Assembly: GCF_004010195.1 (NCBI RefSeq)
Contig: NC_057718.1
Location: 91,775,134 to 91,837,954, forward strand
Direction of reading: 5' to 3'
Source of the DNA: Chiloscyllium plagiosum
Taxonomy: Eukaryota
Length of the DNA: 62,821 nt
Positions 1 to 13,124 of this stretch are shown here, in pieces. The notes beneath the pieces are model-generated. The model made no database searches, was not told the DNA's origin, and saw only the letters and a program-made list of their open reading frames with translations. A program made the translations under genes and the position numbers. Numbering within the stretch: position 1 is the stretch's first letter; each line of letters opens with the position of its first letter.

Positions 1-262
1 CACTCCACCCTCCTCTCTGACCTATCACCTTCATCCCCACCTCCATTCACCCATTGTACTCTTTGCTACCTTCCCCCACCCTCCTCTCTGACCTATGCTA
101 CTTTCTCCCCATCCCACTCCCCTCTCATTTGTCTCTCCACTCTGCAGGCACCCTGCCTCTATTCCTGATGAAGGGCTTTTGCCCGAAATGTCGATTTTCC
201 TGCTCCTTGGATGCTGCCTGACCTGCTGTGCTTTTCCAGCACCACTCTAATCTAGACTCTAG
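1..262 (+). mobile_element. Penelope-like element 3' end / pseudo-LTR (cut by window edge)
   Basis: C-rich tract, hammerhead core at 165-192, tail GATGCTGCCTGACCTGCTGTGCTTTTCCAGCACCACT; antisense homologue at 24568-24725 is attached to a GIY-YIG remnant. Confidence 0.75.
161..198 (+). ncRNA. Minimal hammerhead ribozyme motif
   Basis: CTGATGA (165-171)-A-GGGC tttt GCCC-GAAA (185-188)-T-GTC (190-192); other copies have GAAACGTC, so one substitution here. Confidence 0.7.
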
Positions 263-589
263 TTTCTTGTTTTTACATACCTGACTCACTAATGACCTTT
301 ATTATGTAGACCCTTCCATTATTGGAAGGCTCATATTTGAAAAATATTTGTTCTGGAATTAAAAGAGGTGCCTGTATCTTTAAAAAAAAAGTCATTAAAG
401 GAACACCTTTGTAAAAAGATGATATCTACATACATTACAAATTTCAGCTAACTGCTTGGACTCACTGCAAATGTGAGTTTAGGGTTGAAGTGCAGCTTTA
501 TGAGATTGCTTGGGATTCAGTTCGTTTTATAGCCAGTGGTGTGGTGAGACCAGAAAGGGACAGTAAACTTCTCCAACACCCATTGCGAA

Positions 590-770
590 ACCTTTCGGGA
601 TGCAAGCTATCTATCTTCACCTAATCTGGCCTACATGTAATTCCAGGGCCACAGAAACATGGTCAACATTCTCAATTAGTCCAGCAAGCCACTCAATTCA
701 AGTGCAATTAGGGATGTGAAAAACACTGGCCATGCCAGTGACGCATGTCCCCCGTGAAAAGAATAAAGGA
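590..770 (+). mobile_element. Old SINE fragment (related to 23275-23550)
   Basis: GCCTACAT...CAAGCCACT...CCAG motif order shared with 23470-23550; ends GAATAAA. Confidence 0.4.
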
Positions 771-1689
771 ATAGAAGTTTAAGATGGCAAGCAGAGGGCA
801 TCACTTTTTAGAAATTTTACACATGGGACAAGGGCGACATTGGCTGGGCTAGCATTCTCCCTCGAGACGATGAGTTGCCTTCTTGAACTGCTGCAGCCCA
901 TTTGCTGTTTGTAGACCCACAATGCTGTCAGGGACGGAAATTCAGGATTCTGACCCAGCAATAGTGAAGCAATGGCAATATATTTCCAACTCAGGGGGCT
1001 AAGTGGCTTGCAGGGGAACATGCAATTTGCGGCATTCCCATGGATTAGAGGAATGATTTATATTGTTCTATCATAACTCTATACACAAGCTTGTTGATAA
1101 AATGAAGGAATGTGATATAAAAGAGAATATGGCAAAGTTACAGAGAAGAAAACAAAAATCAATAGTTAATGTAGAATTTTGGACTCAATCTATCAAATTT
1201 GATGGAATCAGAGTGAACAGCTTACATTTTTGAGACACTCCCTAATTGAAACTGGAATCTGAAATTTAATCTGACCCATTTAGTTGCTAAGCAAACCAAG
1301 TCTGAAGGTGAAAATTGGAAACCAAAACTTCTGGTTGAAAGCAGACAGCAGAGTTCAGAAGATGATGAGTCTATCAGAAGAGTGCAGGTAAACTGAAAAG
1401 GATAGAGACTTAAATTCCAAAGTTCTGAATGAACCAATGCACAGTTGCTGCAGCTATTGCTGTCAGTTGAAGATAACATTGGTGGAGCGACACCATCCTA
1501 ACCAAGATGACAAAGTTCTGTTGGTATGTGGCATACTTGAAGAACATATCAATGGAACTCAGGTTGCTTGGGCAGTGTTGTCAGCTTGAGATCAGGTTAC
1601 AACCCAGAAGAAATGAAGTCCTTCAGGTGGTGGTCAATTTTCACTAACTTTGTGACCAAGCCTTCTGGCTCTTGGTCCACTCTGACACA

Positions 1690-2160
1690 CCTTCCGGCCA
1701 CCTCTAGGACAGCCCACCCTGTTAACACCCCAGGACAATGACAACCAGGACAGCCTTCCCACTTTCTGGCTTTCCAGACCACCCCTTCACAGCTTCTGGC
1801 ACCTCTAGGATGGCCCGTCCCACTACATTCCCAGGATGACAGCGCAGAGGACAGCCTACCCGCCCTCTGGTTCTTGGTTTGCCCCTATGCACTGTCCCGG
1901 TCTTGCCTGCCGGAACGTACTATTCGGCCTGTGGACCACCCTAACACACCTTCGAGCCAACTCTCGGATAGCTCATCCCTATACCTCCCCAGGACAATGG
2001 CGCTCAGAATGGCCTGCGGCTCTCGAGGCGACTGGCATTGGGGCGGCCTCCCCATCTTCCAGCTCTTGGGACGGCCTACTTACCATCTGGTTCACGGGAC
2101 AGCCTATCCGCACTCCGACTCTTGGGGTGACAGCTTTCAGGACAACCTACAAACCTTCCA
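1690..2160. repeat. Degenerate GC-rich tandem repeat
   Basis: Recurring CTTC..CACCTCTAGGAC/T, CCCAGGACAATG and GGACAGCCT blocks at about 1691, 1792, 1950 and 2057. Confidence 0.55.
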
Positions 2161-2502
2161 ACAGAGAGTAAGGCATGCCAGACTCAAGGAGACACAATAC
2201 AACCCTAATGATAAACCTGATCATCAAAAAAAGCTGAGCCCACGCCCGAAGGCAGAGTTCATGTCCAAAGGCAACAAATGCACACCACCTGCAAACACAC
2301 AGATGTTCAATCTCTGCAGAGGTTTCTTGCACCCAGAGAGGCCCAGGCACACACAAGGAGACACAATTGACTCTCATAGGCTCAGTCCAAACACCAAAAG
2401 GTGAAAACACTTGCAAAAAGCAAGTGCAAATACTAAAAACCATAGTGCAAGTGCCAATCCCTGCCACAAAATCATCATAGTCCTTGCCCAGAAAACGTAA
2501 TA

Positions 2503-2875
2503 CTGGCTGCAACCAGCCAGTGAAGTTAAAAAAACAGTTCCCCAATGAGAACTAAAATGAAACAGTGTACACTGACTGCGTAACCAGCCAGCTCAGAAAT
2601 CAATTCTCAGTAACAAACTGGCTGTGACCAGTCAGTTCAGGAATCAGTTACCAAAAAAAAAACGTAACACACCGATTGTGGCAAGCTAACTCAGAAATCA
2701 GTTCTCAAAAACTGCAATACCACTGGTTATAGTCAACCAGCTCAAGAGCCAGGCACCCCTATCCATTGGCTGTGGCCAGCCGACTCATGAGCCAGTTCCC
2801 CACAAACAAATAAAACCAAAAGCAAAACCACATTAGTATCACTGGCTGTGGCCAGCCAGCTCAGAGTCAGTCCTC
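2503..2875. repeat. Seven degenerate copies of a ~33-bp LTR motif with variable A/C-rich spacers
   Basis: CTGGCTGTGGCCAGCCAGCTCAG..TCAGTTC-like units at 2503, 2572, 2618, 2672, 2723, 2766, 2842. Confidence 0.8.
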
Positions 2876-5821
2876 AACTGAGGAGATTCTATCTCCTGGT
2901 CATGTTGGTCAGCAAAGGCTTTCCTGATTGACCCAGGTTAACAATCCTAATCAAGAACCTCATAGTCGAAGTTCACTTGGTTCCAATCACTACATCCTTC
3001 ACCCTCTAAGTCCAGGACTGTTGGCCTGGTCGTTCACTTGTAGCTCCTCTTGTGACGTCTTTTCCCCAGGTCAGGTTCCTCTGATTCAGACTCAGACATG
3101 CATGGCATGCACCGGACCACAGCCAGTTCGCTTGCATTCGAACATCTTGGGAGAGTTTCCTTCTTCCAGCAACAAAGCTATCTAAGCTGAATCCAGTTTG
3201 GACTCTGGGGTGTTCTCGACACAAGCGAGAAGGGGAGCACCTGTGGTTTCTGACAGGCCTTCCGGCTGTTCTGAGAGGCCAGGTATGGTTTACTCCTGCA
3301 TAGTTTGTGAACTAACAGCTTTCAGGTTATCCACATGTTTGTTTAGGACTTTATCACCTACCCAAACTTTGTCAGTCATGGGACCTGACCTCGCCTTGTA
3401 CCCATACATGACCATTCCGATGGTTCCGGCAGCAAAATTCGTCCCTTGAATTAAATTGTCTCTATTGCTTCAGGGAGGCATTTGGCGAATATTGGCGCTC
3501 CTGCTGCCACTCCAGGTCTAGAAATATCAGGTTTAACCTAGTGCGGAGTCTTCTCCCCATCAGCAACTCTGCTGGAGTTATCCCTGTTGATTCATGTGGG
3601 GTAGTCATATAATCAAACAGGATCTAGGACAGTTTGTTATCAATTGATGCTGTAGGCTGCTTCTTTAAGCCTGCCTTCAACATTTGGATCACTCTTTCTG
3701 CTATACAAATGGATGATGGATGGTACAGAGTTGTTCTTCTGTGCTGAATGCCATTGGACCTTAGGAAATATTTGAATTCTCTGTTGGCAAATGATGTCCG
3801 TGACCAATACTTCTGGAGTCTATGATCTGCTGCAGGCTGATGATACCCCAAATGGCAGCCTTGTATATTGATATAAACCTTTATAAGTGTTAATTGTAGC
3901 ATACGTCTGGGACTGCTCATGCAGTTACAATTGCAGGTAGGTGTGGCTCATGTCCAGCTTCGTAAAGGAAAGCCCAACCCCCTCCCACCAACTGTGCGTA
4001 TACGTCCTCAATGGGGGGGATTGGGTATTTATCCAGCTGCAAGAAGCAGTTTACTATTACCTGAAAATCCCCACAAAGGGAAACTGAGCCATCAGACTTC
4101 ACAATCAGTACGACTGGTGCTGCCCATTATGCAAGCTGCACTGGTTCAATGATTTCTTCGTTCTCCAGCCACAAGAAAAATGGCACTGGGCAGGCCTTGC
4201 AAAATCTTGGACTTGTGTCCTGGTCAACAAATAAAGTTGGTCTGACCCCTTCGATAGTCACAAGCTCTTCTTGAAAAATATCTGTTATTTCACCAGGACT
4301 TCACTGAGACAGCCATTTTCCAACTGAAAAATGTTGAGTCAATCTATGACAATCTTTCTCAACCAATTCCACCCAATAGACTTGGTTCAAAGCCTTTTAC
4401 TACCATCAATGGAAACTGCATCAACTGCTTTGCATAGGAGATCAGAGCTGAAGTTGTACCTTTAATTTGCAATAGTTCCCCAGTGTACATTCTCAGTATG
4501 GCTGAGGTTTTGTGCAACTTAAAGGTCAGAGTCCCGAGCAAATCTTGCTAAAGATAGATTCTGCAACCACAGATACAGATGTGCTGGTACCAGCCTGCAT
4601 GGGAACTGGTGACCATTTAGCCACAAGTTAAGTTGAATTGGTTCCGATTTAGGTGTGACTAAGCAATTTAATTGTTCCAACCCAAATGTAGTGGAACTTC
4701 CAGGGTGTGTACTTTCCTGGGTACTGGCCTATGAGTTTTCTTACTCAAATCAGGCCTTGTTGGATTCTTTTGCTGTCAGAGTGTCTTCACAATGGCAGCA
4801 ACTACATGGCTTATCAGCCCAGATCCCGAAGGACTGTTTTGCCACTTGGCCGAGGCTTAGCTTTGTGGTGGGCTTCTATTTTTGGTCGGCCTAGGGCCCC
4901 TCTGCTCTGGACATGCCCAACATGAGGCTCTGCAATTGCCTACACTCAAGTAGTGTTCCCCAAGCTCAGTTTGACAGGTGAGGTTGTCCACTTCTATTGG
5001 GATGCCCTGTAGTTCCCATGCTCTACTTGCAGTATTTTCTAATCTCAAAGCCAGTTGCAGTGCCTTTTTGAAGTCCAGTTGGTTTTCAGCTATTAGGCAC
5101 TTTGTATGGTTATGTCACTAATCCCACATATCAAACGTTCTCTCAGTATCTCATCCAGAGTTAGTCCAAAATCACATGCCTCGGCCAATCTCTTAATCTC
5201 ATCAAAAATTGTGATACAGATTACCCCTGTTCTCCAACAGCCAAATAAAGCCAAGAACGACTCAGGATTAGAAGAGGTTGGGGGTTGTAATATTCCTTAA
5301 CCAGCTCTGTCAACTCTTGGAAGGGCTTCTGGGAAAGTTAAGCTTATTATAACTGAAAGACACCTATTACAACTGAAAGACTGTGTGCACACACAGTCAG
5401 AAGAATTACTCCTTGCTTTTCATCTGCTCCAATGTCCCTTGCCTGGAAAAAAAGAGATTCTTTCCACATACTGGGCCCAGTCTTCAACAGCAGGGTCAAC
5501 TGAGTCAAGCTTCCAAAATAGAGGTATGATACTAGAAATTATTATCCCAACTTCAAGATGATTGTAGCAAGCAAATGTTCTTCAGGCATTTATTGTGTTT
5601 TTCTGAAATAACTGCATACAGCCCGGGTCCCATCAGCTAGTCACCCTTTATTTACTCGTGTACAGTACATTGGCTGTGGCTAGTCAGCTTGGAGGCAGTC
5701 CTCAACTGAGCAGATTCTATCTCCTGGTTTTATTAGTCAGATAAGACTTTCCAGATTGGGGTTGTTAACCGGAGCCAATCAAAAACCTCATCATCGAGGT
5801 CCACCTGGTCCCAATCAATAT
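2835..5821 (-). mobile_element. Decayed Ty3/Gypsy LTR retrotransposon with internal deletion
   Basis: Direct LTRs ~2835-2993 and ~5635-5821; polypurine tract AGAGGGTGAAGGA next to TGTAG of the 3' LTR; gag KLDSVDPAVEDWAQYVERI (~5460-5515); RT KSDGSVSLCGDF..DKYPIP (3917-4102); integrase NGIQHRRTTLYHPSS..AER (3624-3920); most of RT/RNase H missing. Confidence 0.9.
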
Positions 5822-7919
5822 AAGTGGAGAGGAAGTTAGCTAGAGAACTGTAATATTTAGGTAACATAATATCACAATTGTCACACCATGCTTAGGATCA
5901 AGGGTGGGGCTTGTTGTGACGTTTTCAAGAGATCACTCTGAATAGTTTGAGTGTTAGCAAATTGTTCTGTTGGAAGTTAGTTAGACATAATGGAAGCAAA
6001 TGTATGTTACCTTTGCGGAGATAGTGAGGTACCTAGGAGTAGGGAGAAGGTCCATCCTGAAATTAAATAGTGTTGCTGGAGCACGGTCCAAGCAGTGAGG
6101 ACTTATTCTAGGGAAACAGTAGTTGCAGCTACGTTTTATGCTTAGCTGTGGGGACTGAGAAGTCTATTCTTAGCTAACAGATCAGTGCAACTGACAGTGG
6201 AGGTAAAAGGAAACAATATTTGCTTGTACAAATGAGTGACTGAAGCTCAGAGAAAGCCTGGGGTAATACTAGCTTTGCAAAACTATCAATTGCACCCACC
6301 CTTGGCCCAGGAAAGGAGGGCAAACAACCTGAATATTACCAGTTGTTAGGACAGTCCATGACAGAGCAGCTTTTGAAGAAATTCAGAACTAGGTCTGATA
6401 AACTGAAGAATTGGAATTCCATATGAAGTTTTAATGAGATTTGATGACCCACAGTGTCACTAGTGTCTGGATGGCTGCTGAAAAATCTGTGGGATCGGAC
6501 ATGACTGCATTCATTATTTAATGTGCTCTGTGGTGTGTTCAAGCATTGCAACCAATAAACTATGGAGCTTCCAGGTCTTATTAACGGATATATAGACAGA
6601 TTGCAAAAGTAAAAAGGCCATGTTAACACTAAACTAATAATTGTATAAGCTACAATTTGATTAAGCTGTTTGGATGAATATTTAAAAGGAAAAAAATTAA
6701 AAGGATTTCAGAAATACAATGGGAAACAACTAAGTGAAAAGCTTATTCAGAGAAACAGACACAATGAGCAGACTGACTTCCTTCTGTGTTGCAAAATTCT
6801 ACAATACAAAGTGTGAACAAATTTCGCCTGAAATTATCAAAGTGGCAGAGAATGAGAAGAGTTACAGGTGTTAAGAGTAAGAGACATTTGTTACTGTTCC
6901 GTGTATCAGACATCACAGTGTGTAGTGCTTTACCTCAATAGCAGTCCTAATTACATGCTACACAACTATCTTGGTCCTCAAAGGTTGATGAATAATTTCA
7001 GGCGGGCTTTTTTTTAGGATGCCTTGATGTATCTTTCCTGACATAAGCTGATGCACATCCCATTTTGTAATACTTCTGGCAGGTCAGTATTTTTTGATTT
7101 TGAATGGGCTCATGACATCAAAATGTTACAAATGTGCAATGTCATCTTCAAACTACAGTACAATTCAAGCATTAATATCTCTCCCCAACATAAATGCTGC
7201 AAAATCATATTGAATAAAATTAATGACTTGATACATTATATTGAGAGTACAATTTCTCCAAGCTTTAATCCAGTATGAAAAACCATGTACTGATGCTAAA
7301 CATATTTGATACATCAACTAAGATATGGCTCATGGCAAGTTGAAGATTGCAGTAGTCGTTAAGTAAAAGCTCTGCATTCCGGAATGGAATGGACCATGCA
7401 CCACCTGCTAGGTGAGATATCGAGAGATCGTTATGATGATAGAGTAGTGAAATGTACGGATGTCAAAAAAGCTTATTACAACAACAGTGGTAAAATTTGG
7501 AGACTTCAATTTTACACATCGACTCAAAGGTGCAAAATAGTGCGAAGGTAATAAATGTAGGATGGTTTTCTGGAATTGGTAAGGGACATCTAGCTAAGAG
7601 TGACAATATTAAATTCAATCTTGCCGTGAAATTGCGTCAGGAAAAGAAGTCAAAAACAAAGGTTTTAAAATTAGGCAAGGTGAGACAGAGATTGACCATA
7701 ATAGTCTGGGAAGAAACATCAAGGAATAAAAATACAGATCATCAGGGGCAGATGTTAATCACTGACATAGGAGGCAAAAGGATTCTATAAGAGGCCATAT
7801 TTTTCTTTCCCTATTGTAATTTGATTTCAGAAATGTAATTCTGAAAACAAAGTCTCTCAGGGAAACAATAGGAACAGAGTATGCAAATGAGAAGAACAAA
7901 GAGGCCAAAGTACCTATAG

Positions 7920-10841
7920 GGCATGGAACATAACAGCACAATAGAAGCCCTTCAGCCCTCGATGTTGTGCTGTCCTGTGAAATCAATCTGAAGCCTGTCT
8001 CACCTAAACTATTCCATTCTCGTCCATGTGCCTATCCAATGACCATTTAAATGCCCATCAAGTCAGCAACTCTACAACTGTTGCAGGCAGTGCGTTCCAT
8101 GCCCCTTCTACTCTGAGTAAAGGAACTACCTCTGACATCTGTCCTATATCTATCAGCTCTCAATTTGAAGCCATGCCCCCTCGTGCTAGCCATCACCATC
8201 CAGGAAAAAGGCTCTCACTGTCCACCCTATCTAACCTGATTATCTTACATGTCTCAATTAAGTTACCTCTCAATGTTCATCTGTCTAACGAAAACAGCCT
8301 CAAGTCCCTCAAGCTTTCCTCGTAAGACCTTCCCTCCATACGAGACAACATCTTAGTAAATCTGCTCTGAACCCATTCCAAAGCCTCCACATCCTTCCTA
8401 TTATGCGGTGACCAGAACTGCATGCAATCCTCCAGGTGCGGCCGCACCAGAGTTTCGTGCAGCTGCAGCCTGACCTCATGGTTCTGAAAGTCGATCCCTT
8501 TACTAATAAAGGCTAACACACCACATGCCTTCTTAATAGCCTTATCAACGTTGGTGGCAACTTTGAGGGACCTATGTACACGGACACTGAGATCCCTCTG
8601 CTCATCTACACTACCAAGAATCTTACCATTTGGCCAACTTGGCATTCCTGTTACTCCTTCCAAAGTGAATCACCTCACACTTTCCTGCATTAAACTCCAT
8701 TTGTCACCTCTCAGCCCAGCTCTGCAGCTTATCTATGTCCCTCTGTAACCTACAACATCCTTCAATACTAACCACAACTGTACTGACCTTAGTGTTGTCC
8801 GCAAATTTACTACCCCATCCTTCTCCACTCTCATCCAGGTTGTTTATAAAAATGACAAACAGCAATGGACTGAAAGCAATTACTGCAGTACACCACGAGT
8901 AACCAGACACCAGGATGAACATTTCCCATCAACCACCACGCTCTGTCTTCTTTCAGCTAGTCAATTTCTGATCCAAACCGTTAAATTGCCCTCAATCCCA
9001 TGCCCCCGTATTTTGTGCAATAGCCTACCATGGGGAACCTTATCAAAACGCCTTACTGAAATCCATATACACCACATCAACTGGTTTACCCTCATCCCCC
9101 TGTTTGGTCACCATCTCAAAGAACTCAATAAGGTTTATGATGCATAACCTACCCTTCACAAAAGCATTTCGACTACCCCTGATCAACTTATTCCTCTCTA
9201 GATGATTATAAATCATAAATTCTCTCTCTTATAATCTTTTCAACACTTTGCCCACAACCGAAGTAAGGCTCACTGATCTATAATTACCAGGGTTGTTTCT
9301 ACTCCCCTTCTTGAACAAGGCGACAACATTTGCTATCTTCCAGTTTTGTGCCACTATTCCTGTAGACAATGACAACATAAAAATCAAAGCCAAAGCCTCT
9401 GCAATTTCCTCCCTGGCTTCTCAGAGAATCCTCAGATAAATGCCATCTGGCCCAGGGGACCTATCCATTTTCACACATTCCAGAATTGCTAACACCTCCT
9501 CCTTGTGAACTTCCATCGAATCGCGTTTCTCCTTGACAACATTGTCTTTTTCCTGCGTGAGTACTGACGAAAAATATTCATTTATCGCTTCCCTATCTCC
9601 TCTGACTCCACGCACAACTTCCCACAACTGTTCTTGATTGGCCCTAATCTTATTCTAGTCATTCTTTTATCTCTTATATACCTATTGAAAGCTTTAGGGT
9701 TTTCTCAAATCCGATCTGCCAACAACTTCTCATGTCACCTCCTCGCTCGCCTTAGGTCTCTCTTTAGGTCTATCCTGGCTACCTTGTAACTCTCAATCGC
9801 CCTGAACCTTCACATCTCATCCTAACATAGACCTTCTTCTTCCTCTTGACAAGAGATTCAACCTCCTTAGTAAACCACAGCTCCTGCTCTCAACAACTTC
9901 CTCCCTGTCTAACTGGTACATACTCATCAAGGACACACAGTAGCTGTTCTTTGAATAAGCTCCACAATTCTATTGTGCCCATCCCCTGAGTTTCCTTCCC
10001 CATCCTATGCATCCTAAATCTTGTCTAATTGCATTGTAATTGCCTTTTCCCTGGCTGTAGCTCTTGCCCTCTGTTGTATACCTATCCCTTTCCATCGCTA
10101 AAGTAAACATAACTGAATTGTGGTCACTATCACCAAAATGCTCACTTACTTCCAAATCTAACACCTGGCCAGGTTCATTACCCAGTACTAAATCCAATGT
10201 GGCCTCACCCCTTGTTGGTCTGTCTGCATACTGTCAGAAAACCCTCCTGCACACAATGGACAAAAACTGACACATCTAAAGTACTTGAACTATAATATTC
10301 CCAATCAATATTGGGGACGTTGCAGTCTCCCATAACAACTGCCCTGTTACTCTCGCTTCTACTGAGAATCATCTTTGCTATGCTTTCCTCTAAAACTATT
10401 TGGAGGCCTATAGAAAACTCCCAACAGGGTGACCTCTCCTCTCATGTTTCTAATCTCAGCCCATGCTACCTCAGTTGACGAGTCCTCAAACATCCTTTCT
10501 GCAGCTGTAATACTGTCCTTAGCTAACAATATCACACCTCCACCTCTTTTATCATCGTCTCTGAAACATCTAAATCCCGGAACCTGCAACAACTATTCCT
10601 GTCCCTGCTCTACCCATGTCTCTGAAATGGCCACATCTAAATCCCAGGTACCGACCTATGCTGCAAGTTCACCCACCTTATTCCAGATGCTCCTGGCGTT
10701 GAAATAGACACACTTCAAACCAACTTCTTGCTTGCCGGTACCCTCTTGCGACCCTGAAACCTTATTTCGGACCTCCCTAGTCTCAACCTCCTCTGTACAT
10801 GAACTACAACTTCAGTTCGCATCCCCCTGCTGAATAAGTTT
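7920..10841 (-). mobile_element. CR1-clade LINE, near-complete disrupted ORF2
   Basis: APE CVYFNARSI, GVFYRPPN, DLVLGNE..EHFGDSDHN; SPGPDGIY; RT LFVIFINNLD..KFADNTK; LVRPHLEDCMQFWSP; many stops and frameshifts. Confidence 0.92.
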
Positions 10842-12309
10842 ATGTGGGAATGGCTACAATAAAAAGGAGGAGATAGTGATGGTTACACAGAAGGCTCAAA
10901 AAGGAGTGATCATTGAAATGAGGAGGAGAAAAGCGTCTTTGAAAAAAATGGAGGGAAAGGAGACAAAATGGAAGTCAGATTATATAATGAGACAGACGGT
11001 CTGGAACAGCAAGTCTTGGAAGGCTCACAATTTCCATTAATCTACTATAATGCTCCAAACTAACATGCCAAACCACCAACAATCACAAAGAAAGAAATCA
11101 AATTAATCAGAAACAGTAAGAACTAAGGAATTAAGAGATAGACAAAAAAATAGAAGAAGAAAGACACTGGGAAAGTCACATATGGAAATAAGTAACAGAG
11201 GAGCAATAATCCCAAAATGAATTGTGTCTTGTCATAAAACTAAGAGCAACATATTTAAAATCATTCATTTGCATATACTTCCTGACAATTTTGCTTGTTA
11301 TGAATGCAGATTTAGGAATCTGTAATGTGAACACTCTTCAGTGTAAAAGTACAGGCACACTGCAACAGCCCTTCATTTTTTTTTGTGTTATTCAGTTAGA
11401 CCCAAGTTGATCTGTGCCTCAACTCTACATTCAGGCCTTTGATCTATACATCTCAACCTCATCGCCTGCTAAACATACATCAATTTTAATCGTGAAAATA
11501 CCAATCGGCCCAAGCCCCTTCATACTTTTGGGGGAGACAATTTAAGATTCTCACTAACTTTTCTTTCCTTCCTGATTCCACCCTCAACGGCCGACTTCTA
11601 ATTGGCCCTGTTTGTGATCGTGCAAGTATATCTCAAATGTTAATGGAAGAATTTCAACCAAATCTAGTACACAGATGGAGTACAACCCAAGGAAGAACTG
11701 ATCAGTTTTTGGCAAAGACAAGGATCTGGATCTTGGAATGTTTTTGAAAGGAATTGTTAATGTTGGGAGATAATGGAGTACTTTGTAAAAGAAAGTCATG
11801 GATTGCCTCTGTTGCTCTGGTGCAATTTTGCATATCTGTCAAAAAGTCGAGCTTTTAGATGAGGCTTTTGTACGTATATTAGCCTGATGCTCCCTTGGTG
11901 ATTTATTTTTCCAATTTCATAGTTACAGAGCACCATCCAGGCATGGTAGTGTTTCAACGAACAGATGAGTATTTATAATAATGAAACAGCATTAAGTCCA
12001 TTCAATTGTTTTCCTGTTAGTGTTGGCGATTATGTTTATATGTTTGACCGAAAACAATATATTTTGAATACCAATTAACATATTTCAGCAAAACGTACAC
12101 CAAATTTCAGCAATAAGCATGTAAATGTTGCAATCAACTTTAACAGTGAGTTGACTCAGCAGTTTGGAGGTACATACCCTGAGTGCCCTCCTCACTTGTT
12201 TTAAGATTACAGCCTCTGGTTTTAGATGAAATAGCTTCTCTGTATTCATTCTTACTGATACCAGTGGCCTGACTGTACAGGAGAAGAGGAAGAAGAATGC
12301 AGGAATGAT

Positions 12310-13120
12310 AGGGGTTTCATTAGTTAGAGGAACAAAGAGGTGTTTCTGTGGCCACAGACATGATTCCAGGATGTTGTACTGCCTCCCTGGACCCAGCTTA
12401 ATGATGTCATTGAGCAGCTGCAGGACATCCTGAAGGGGAGGGTGAAAAGACAGAAGTCGTGGTACACATTGGTATCAATTACATAGATAGAATGAGGAAT
12501 GAGGTCTGGCATCAAGAATTTAGGGAGCTAGGCGGTAGACTAAACAATAAAACTTATTTAGCAGGGGGATGCGAAGTGAAATTGTAGTTCATGTACAGAG
12601 GAGGTTGAGACTAGGGAGGTCCGAAATAAGGTTTCAGGGTCGCAAGAGGGCACCGGCAAGCAAGAAGTTGGTTTGAAGTGTGTCTATTTCAACGCCAGGA
12701 GCATCTGGAATAAGGTGGGTGAACTTGCAGCATAGGTCGGTACCTGGGATTTAGATGTTGTGACCATTTCAGTGACATGGGTAGAGCAGGGACAGGAATA
12801 GTTGTTGCAGGACCTCAAATGCTGTAATTAGATTAGATTAGATTACTTACAGTATGGAAACAGGCCCTTCGGCCCAACAAGTCCACACCGACCCGCCGAA
12901 GCGCAACCCACCCATACTCCTACCTTTACCCCTTTTTACCTAACACTATGGGCAATTTAGCATGGCCAATTCACCTGACCTGCACATCTTTGGACTGTGG
13001 GAGGAAACCGGAGCACCCGGAGGAAACCCACACAGACACGGGGAGAATGTGCAAACTCCACACGATTACTCCGAATGGAACGTGCTAGTGAGGAGAAAAG
13101 TCAGGCAGATGAATGCAGGT
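12310..13120 (+). mobile_element. Old CR1 ORF1 (SGNH/esterase-like) fragment, interrupted twice
   Basis: LVRGTKRCFCG, CLPG and VVVHIG-type motifs; split by the 12550-12811 templated copy and the SINE at 12829-13063. Confidence 0.6.
12829..13063 (-). mobile_element. HE1/V-SINE-like SINE, 5' truncated
   Basis: Antisense of V-domain GGGTGCTCCGGTTTCCTCCCACAGTCCAAAGATGTGC; (TAATC)n tail. Confidence 0.88.
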
Positions 13121-13124
13121 CACT

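Noticed and set aside
281..352. Possible next RALGAPA2 exon (strong minus-strand donor CAG|GTATGT at ~280)
   Set aside because: The frame required by the phase-2 upstream exon hits a stop and does not resemble the expected FHLLKKN-type sequence
2503..2875. CRISPR array
   Set aside because: Eukaryotic intron, highly degenerate units, low-complexity spacers, no cas genes; the unit matches the Gypsy LTR
12829..13063. Recurrent small ORFs 'MANSPDLHIF...' (12962, 39729, 51643)
   Set aside because: Translations of the same antisense SINE, not a peptide gene family
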